From Salpingoeca rosetta (Eukaryota; Protista; Choanoflagellata), in NCBI GenBank assembly GCA_033442325.1, contig JAWQFM010000027.1, forward strand, positions 543,334 through 562,892: a stretch of DNA of 19,559 nt. The letters are read 5' to 3'. The notes under the pieces were generated by a model. That model ran no database searches. It was not told the DNA's origin and saw only the letters and a list, made by a program, of their open reading frames with translations. This document shows, piece after piece, positions 1 through 7,267 of the stretch (within the stretch, counting starts at the first letter, position 1; every line of letters begins with the position of its first letter). Position numbers and translations under genes: made by a program.

Positions 1-127
<127 letters not shown>

Positions 128-135
128 CGCTGCAG

Positions 136-467
136 ACATCCGCAAGCTGATTGCGTACAATCTCGCCAGCGCCTCGCCAGCGGAGGTGGAGAAGATCAAG
201 GTGCGAACAGCAAGTTGGGGGAAGCTGTCGCTGCGTTGATGGCCCACGCGATGGTTTGGTCATGTCATGGTCGTCTGTCCGTCTTGTCGATGTGCTGAAC
301 CAATGGCGCTCTTCTAAAGCCCACAACTTGTCTCTCCTTTCCTCCTCACAACCATGCACATCAACCAGGATGAGATGAACCGTGGCATGTACATTCGCCG
401 CATGGACGCGCTCGAGTGGCTGCTGCAGCGCGCCTCCTCCCTCATCGACCAACGCAACAAGGACTGA
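136..467 (+). CDS. 3' end (last two exons) of an unidentified protein-coding gene; exons 136-200 and 369-467
   Basis: Acceptor ctgcag|136 follows a (CA)n intron; donor AAG|gtgcga at 201; acceptor caaccag|369; stop TGA 465-467. The spliced frame reads (D)IRKLIAYNLASASPAEVEKIK-DEMNRGMYIRRMDALEWLLQRASSLIDQRNKD*. Phases are consistent and third positions are GC-rich. Product not recognised. Confidence 0.75.
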
Positions 468-905
468 TGCGAGCCCACACAGACGCGCCAACAAAAGCAA
501 CCACCACCCCCCATGTCTGTCTGCAGCGTGTGTGCTATGGTGTGTGGTGTGTCGCCAGCCTCTCTGATCATCGGCATAGACAAGACATAACCCTTTGTGA
601 TCAAACTTGTTGATTTCCAGCATCATTTAATGATGAAGAGCTCGAAGTACGTGAGCGGCACATGGCAGTACAAGTGTGAAGGACTGCTCAGTCACAACAA
701 AAGAGCACTGGCGACAGGATGACAGTGGCGGCGGGCGCAACAGTGATTGTCGATGACAGTGACGCGCGATTCCTTGCTTGTTGGCTGCTCTGGTGAACAT
801 GTTCAGAAGCACAGAGAGCAAAACGATTGTGTGAGTTCATTCCAACCAATCAAAAGTGCATGAAAGAAGTGTTGGTCGAATCTCAAGCAGAAACAAGTTT
901 GGAGC

Positions 906-1044
906 AACACTCAGACAAATGCCTCTTTGTCGTTCATGAAACGTTTCCACGCAGGCTGAGAAGGCTTCGGAGAACCCAAAGCAAAACCAGCCCACTATCC
1001 GGAAATGTGACAGATCAGACTCGTCATTTTGTTCATCACCGTGC
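906..1044 (-). ncRNA. SNORD15: Box C/D snoRNA, U15/SNORD15 homologue (double guide for LSU rRNA)
   Basis: On the - strand: C box GTGATGA (1039-1033); ATGACGAG-T-CTGA (guide plus D' box 1018-1015); AGAGGCATTTG-T-CTGA (guide plus D box 914-911); short terminal stem GCAC/GTGT. Both guides are complementary to the conserved LSU segment CAAAUGCCUCGUCAU and match the two U15 antisense elements as recalled (targets equivalent to yeast 25S Am2281 and Gm2288). Confidence 0.88.
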
Positions 1045-1343
1045 ATGCCCTTTTCACAGAGTTGGTCTCTCGACCACGTACAGCAGAAAACACCATCACA
1101 TGTGACAGCGCTGTCATGCTCACCTGTTCAGCGGGTTTTGGGCGTCCAACAAAAAATGGCACGGAAACAATGGGGGCACTTGGTTGTTCGGTCGGTGAGG
1201 TGGGGAAGTGGCCTGGGCTCAAACAAGAAGCGGGGGCACAACAACGAGAATGTGAGTGGATGGTTGAAGCGCACGCGAGTGCTGCTAATAATAAAGCTCA
1301 AACAAAGCACTCATGATAAGACCAGGTACACAACAGTGACGTG

Positions 1344-1435
1344 GTGAAGGAATCAGCGAAAGGTCATTCAACATATGTTGATTCAGCCCCGATAGATGGT
1401 TAAAGTTTGCCTAAGCTATCATCACACTCCTTCAC
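1344..1435 (-). ncRNA. SNORD2: Box C/D snoRNA, snR39B/SNORD2 homologue
   Basis: On the - strand: 8-bp terminal stem GTGAAGGA/TCCTTCAC (1435-1428 with 1351-1344); C box GTGATGA (1425-1419); guide ACCATCTATCGGG-G then D' box CTGA (1386-1383); C'-like TGAATGA (1370-1364); D box CTGA (1356-1353). The guide is complementary, with one mismatch, to conserved LSU CCCGAAAGAUGGU. The D'+5 rule selects the G (yeast Gm805 equivalent). Confidence 0.85.
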
Positions 1436-1646
1436 AAACACAGAGAAGAGGCGGGAGAGAACACACAACAGTCAAACACCCATATGGGACCATCGCACAA
1501 ACCTAATCGAGAAGTCGTGTGTCTGTCTGTTGGTCGATGAGAGTGGAAGAAGGAGAAAATGAACACGTGCACACACACAAGAGAAGCAAAGAAGGCCAGT
1601 GCAAACTTTTTCCCCCTTTCTGCTTGGCCACGTGGCAGAGCCGATG

Positions 1647-1652
1647 TTTATT
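1647..1652 (-). promoter_or_regulatory. Candidate AATAAA polyadenylation signal of the RA-PH gene
   Basis: TTTATT on + (AATAAA on -), about 380 nt downstream of the TAG at 2032. Motif only. Confidence 0.3.
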
Positions 1653-2031
1653 TGAAGATGTGCTCGAAATATCCGACATGAACAAACCGCACCATTTTGC
1701 AGGTGCGTTGAAAATGTGCGAGAGCAAACAAAGGCAGAGAGAGAGAGAGAGGACAAGATGCAGAGACACAAACACACACACACACACACATCACACACAT
1801 ACACACACACACACACATACACACAGAGCAAGCAAAGTCAGCATGAATAACAACAAGCAAGCAACCAACCAACAAGGAAAAAAAAAAGAAGATCATCAAA
1901 TCATCTCGTCATGTCATGCATGGTCTTTCTGCGCCTCCACAGCCAACTCTCTCTCTCTCTCTGTCTCTCGCACGCACACACACACACACACGCACACACA
2001 CACACACACTGTCGTTCTCTCGAACAGGCTG

Positions 2032-5000
2032 CTATACATCTACAATGTTGTCAGCGTCGTAGTCATCAGTGTCAGAGCCATCGTCAGCGCCAGTGTCCGT
2101 TGCAGTTGCCGCTTTCGAAGTTGCAGCTTCAACGGCCACATAACCGTGGCTGGAGCCCTGCAAGGAGAGACACAAGAAGCACTGTCAGCACTGGAGGGAA
2201 AACAAGAAGAAGAAGAAGAAGAAGATGATGATGATGATGATGATGATGAACCAAGCACAGACACAGGTGCACACGTGCACAGGAGGCGAAAGATCCAAGG
2301 CACCCTTGAACACACACACACACACGCACACACACACACGCACGACGCGTACCGCGTGGCTGTCCTCGTCTTCGCTATCCGTCTCGCAGCCGTAATGATC
2401 CAAGATGGTTTCCAGGTTCTGGTAAACCTCCAAGTCCTCCAACAACACCACTTCCTCATCGTCATCGTGAGCAGCAAAGTCAACAACACCCTGCAAAGGC
2501 ACCGTCGCTTCCGCTTCCTTGGCGCCATTACCCGAGGTGTCGCCACCATCATCACCATCGCCATTCGTGTTGGCACTGCCATCACCTAGCGCAACCGTGC
2601 CCATCATCTCGCGTGCCAGCTCGAGATCATCCTCCGTCATCGACGCGCCGTCCAGGCTGTCAAGCAGGTGCGAGCGCAGCGCATCAAAGTTCTGGTAGCC
2701 CTCAAGCGTGTCAATGGACGGTGTGCCTGCCTCCTCATCAGCATCGGCGTCTGCACCACACACCACCGACGATGAAGTGTCTCGGCGCTTCTTTCGCTGC
2801 TCCTCTTCCTCCTGCTGCTGCTGCTGCTTCGCTTTTTCGTGCTCTAGCAGCTGCTGCTCAAGCGCACGCTGCTGCTGCTCTGGCGCGAGCGTGGAAAGGG
2901 GGCGTGGCCGTGGTACCGGCCTACGCTGTACGCTTGCTGCCTGCTCTGTGTCAAACGTATCATCCTTCTCCTCCTCCTCCTCCTCCTCCCCTTCGCCGGC
3001 GTCGCCAGCGCGAAGCGGCTCCGGGTCACCGTACAGCTGCTCATCCTGTGGCTGCTGCTGTTGGTGCGTTGTGGGCGCAACGCGCTGATGCTGATCTGGA
3101 TCACCATACAGTGCGTCATCGCCAGGTGCCGCTGCTGGGGTGACGGGTTTGTCGGGGTCGCCGTAAATGGCATCGCCCTGTGCCGGTGCTGTGCCCAATG
3201 TAGCAGGTGTCGGGTCACCGTACAGGTTGTCAGCAGCAGGCGGCGCTGCTGTCCGCGTCGTGCCGGTAAATGCGTCACCGTACACATCGCCCTCCGCCGG
3301 CAGCGGTGCTCGTGCTGCGTCATTGTTGCCTGCAGGCACGGGGTCACCATACATGTCATCGCCAGCTGGCAGCGGCTGCTGCTGTTGCTGTCGGAAGTCT
3401 TGGTCTGGGTCGCCGTACAGCGCAGAGACGGGCCTGGATGGTGGGTTTGTTGCCTGGCAACCAATCAGAAGTATCATGGAGAGCGGTGCGTGTGGCGAGG
3501 CAAGGGTGGCAACAAGAGCATGAAAGCGATAACCACGCATATTTGTTAAGCGTGGCAGAGAAAAGGGGAGAGATGGATGGATGGATGGATGGACAGAGGG
3601 ATGGGATTGACAGATGGACATGGGCCGCACACAGACACACACAAGCAAACAAGCAAACAAGCAAACAAACAAGCAAACAAGCAAACAAGCAAACAAACAA
3701 ACAAACAAACAAACAAACAAAACAAAACAAAACAAAACAAAACAAAACAAAGCAAAGCAAAACAAAACAAAACAAAAAAACAATCACACACCTCGCTGTA
3801 GATGGGAGCCGCCGTAGACCCAGCTGAGAACGACTTTGGCTTGTCGTACTCTGGCTGCGAGTAATCATACTCGTCGTGGCTGGGCGCCGTGGGGTAGGCG
3901 TACTCGTGCTCCACGGCAGGTCGCCCGCCAGGCTGCATGCTGCGCTCGAGTGTGTGTTGGTACGGCTCCCAATAGTCGCCCTCACCACCATTGTTGCTGG
4001 TGGAGGTGGCACCAGCGGTGTTGTTTGGTGCGGTGTCAGTGAGCGACTCGCCGTAGTCCAGGGTGGGGTCCGTGATGCTGGTGGTCAGCACCTGGTATGA
4101 GGTGGTGGTTGCATTGGAGCGCACAGACTCGCGAAGCAGCGACTGCCCAAACACGTTGTCTGCATCCGCACCACCAGCTTCATCGCCAGCATCACCACTG
4201 GTCGATGGCTGCTGTTGCTGGTCCGCTGGCGCTGCTGTCGCTGCAGTTGGTGGCGGCGGTGCTGGTCGTCGTGCCGCCATGCCTGGCTTTGGTTTTGGCT
4301 TTGGCTTTGGTTTCGGCTTGGGCTTGGGCGGTGTTGCCTTGCTCGCTGCGCTTGCAGCGTCATCACCATCCCCATCACCTCCATCAGCGGCACTCTGCTT
4401 GTCTTCTGCTGCGCCCTCAACCGCTGCCTGTGCGCCATCATCTCCCACGCGCACCGGTGCCGCTGCTTCCATTGCTGTTGCTGCTGTTGTTGCTGTTGTT
4501 GCTGGTGTGTCTGCGTGTTCGTCCGCTGGTGGCGGGGGTGCTGGCCGCTTGTCGCGCAGTGAGGCCGGCTTTGTCGCACGTGATATGGGCGGCGGCGGCG
4601 GCGTTGTTGGCGGTGCAAACGCAGGCGACTTGGGCAGCAGCACAGCATACTCCTCTTCAGGGCCAGGCGCCACGGCAGCACCGCTCACAGTACTGGTTGC
4701 CGTACGCGTCGCCGCAGTGGTGGTGGTGGTGGTGGTGATTGCTGGCAGGGTTGGCACGGTTGCGGGCGTTGGCGAGAATGCTGGCAGGGTTGGGACGGTG
4801 GCCGGTGCGGTGTTGGTCATGGGGGCGCCCCGTCGCATGGATGCAGACGCAGACGCAGATGCAGACGACACTGACACGGGTGTTGCTGCTGACGCTGACT
4901 GGCCAGGGTTGCCAGGCAGCGGCATGGCTGCACGCAAGGGCTGTGCTGGCGGCGATTCGGACGGTTGTTCCGGCTGCTTGGAGGCGTCTGCCGCCTGCGC

Positions 5001-7222
5001 TTTGCTCCTCAACTCCTCCAGTGCTTGCTCCAGGGCATCGCACCGCTCCGAGGAGAACCCTTGCGCAAGAAACTGCGACCCACGCAACCCAAGCACCTGC
5101 GGCCCTTCAAAGCCGTTGGTGTAAAACTTGCTGCGAAAGTCGGACAGGCCAGACTGCTTGATCCAGCGCAACACGTCAGCCGAGTCCCAGTCACGCGGGT
5201 TCGCAGGCAGGCCGCTGGTCTGTGGCTCCTTGCGCACAAACGTGGGGCGGCGGTGGCTGGCACGGTCACGACTGAGCGTGGGAATGTAGGATGGATCGTC
5301 CTCCTGCTCCGAAAAGTGCCGGATGGAGGTGCCACGCTGCATGAGCGATGGCGATGACGACGACGGTGGTGCCGTTGCTGCTGATGATGATGCTGTTGCT
5401 GCTGATGATGATGGTGTTGTTGATGATGGCGGGGGCAGTGGTGGAAGCGGCCTGCTCGTTATGGACGCAGCAGAGCCCTGGGCTGAAAGCGCTGGTGATG
5501 CTGCTGGCGTTGAGGCTGTGGTTGTGGTGTGCGGGGCGGACGGAAGTGGTGGTCGTCCTTGCGTGCTTGGCAATGGTGGTGGCGGCGCCACGGTCGTGGT
5601 GCTGTGTGAACCAGACATGTCGTTCTGCTGCTGCCCCGATGGTGACATGTTATCGAATCCGCCATAATACAGCTGCTGTTGCTGCTGCTGGGATGCTGCT
5701 GTTGACGATGATGACGATGATGATGATGTCGGAGCGCCGGTCGCTTCTTGAGCCGTGCCACTCTTCCGTACGCTCATTGTCATTGGCGGCGGCGGCGGCG
5801 GTACTTGGCCAGGGTGGCGGCGGTGTTGGGGTAGCGGCTGGCTTGGCAGCGGCAGCAGCGGCACTGGTGGCAGCTTTGATGGCAGGCGCACGTCACGTGG
5901 CGAGGGCGAGGCACTCCCGTCCACCGCTTGCTGCTGCTGTTGCTGTTGTTGGCTGCGTGTGAGCATGTTTCTGCTTGCAATGGCTGCATCTGGATCACCA
6001 TACAAGTCCTCAGGAAGATCGTCGTAATCACCAGCGGTGCTGCTGCCGTCGTTGCCGCCCTCCACATCATACACCTCCCCATACATGTCCCCGCCACCCT
6101 GCGCAGGCGGAGGTGGTGCATGCATGTGCGGCTGTTGGTGCTGCTGCGATGGCGGGGGCGGTGGCGGTTGTGTGTCAACGGCATCATCAGCAGATGCGTC
6201 GCCATAGATTTCACCCATGGGTGCCACGTCACCGTACGTCTCATCAGAGGCGGGCGGTGGCGGCGAAACTGCTGCTGGTGTCTGTGGTGCCGGTGCTGGG
6301 GCGCGGGAAGGTGCCATGGGGGTTGCGGTTGGTGCTGCAGCCGTTGGGGTTGGCATTGTGGCAGTCACAGTGGCTGTGTTGTCGCTGCCGTGTGCGGTCC
6401 TGTCGCCATCTGCCTTGGCGCTGCCAATAGCAGGAGGGGTCGGGAACACCTTGACCCGCTGCTGTGTGGGTGGCGGTACAGGCGCTTTCTTCTTCTTCGG
6501 CGGCGCCGGTGGTGGCGTCTTCTTCTTCTTCTTCTTCGTCTTCGGGCCGGCACCAGACTCCTGACCCTGTTGTTGCTGTTGCTGTTGCTGCTGCTGTTGT
6601 TGTGGGAGTGCAGCTGTTGGTGGTGGCAGGGGCGGTGCCTGCTGCGGCGGGGCGTCGCCATCAATGTCGCCGTACACATCCTCCTGCACAGCTGCGCCTG
6701 GTGGCGGCGGTGGCGGCGCCTCCTGTGGCGGTCTATCATCAGCGTCACCATAAACCGCATCGCCACCCTGCAACTGCTGCTGCTGCTGCTGATTGTGTGT
6801 TGCTTGTGGTGGTGGTGGTGTAAACTGAGCGCCCGGGTGTGGCGGCAGCACGGCGTTGAGGCCGCCGCCAACGGAGCCAAACTGGCTGCGGGGCCGTGGT
6901 GCTGGCCGTGGTCGTGGTGACGGCTGCACCTCCTGCTGCTCCTGCTGCTGTTGGTGGTCGTGGTGTTGGATGGCCGGGTCTCCATAAATAGCGTCGGGGT
7001 AAGGAGGGGTAGCGGTGGCAGTGGTGGACGCCGTGGTGACGGGCGCATGCGTGTCTGGGTCACCATACACATCATCAGCTTGAAGAGCGGGCGGTGCTGT
7101 TGCTGTTGGGAATGACGATGCTGATGATGCCGACATGGTTGTTGTCGGCGGCGATGGCTGGAGGCCTGTATCGCCGTACACATCTGCGCCCGTTGGGGCA
7201 GTGGGCGACACCTGTGGCGTGT

Positions 7223-7267
<45 letters not shown>

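Noticed and set aside
630-700. ATGATGA C-box-like motif on the + strand
   Set aside because: No downstream D box or recognisable guide within snoRNA distance.
600-1740. Repeat-poor island considered as a transposon remnant
   Set aside because: No terminal repeats, target-site duplication or transposase/RT-like frame; better explained by the snoRNA locus.
2185-2193. Alternative acceptor CTCCAG|TGCTGA giving an immediate stop for the RA-PH gene
   Set aside because: The GCTGAC here looks like the branch point for the downstream acceptor at 2158, which yields a coherent 41 aa acidic last exon.
1519-2589. 356 aa + strand ORF
   Set aside because: Runs through (CA)n, (CT)n and (GAA/GAT)n repeats and is antisense to the last exons of the RA-PH gene.
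4063-5124. 353 aa + strand ORF and other long ORFs overlapping the big exon (e.g. 5928-6920, 2613-3143)
   Set aside because: Antisense shadows of a GC-rich low-complexity coding exon; no domain-like content.
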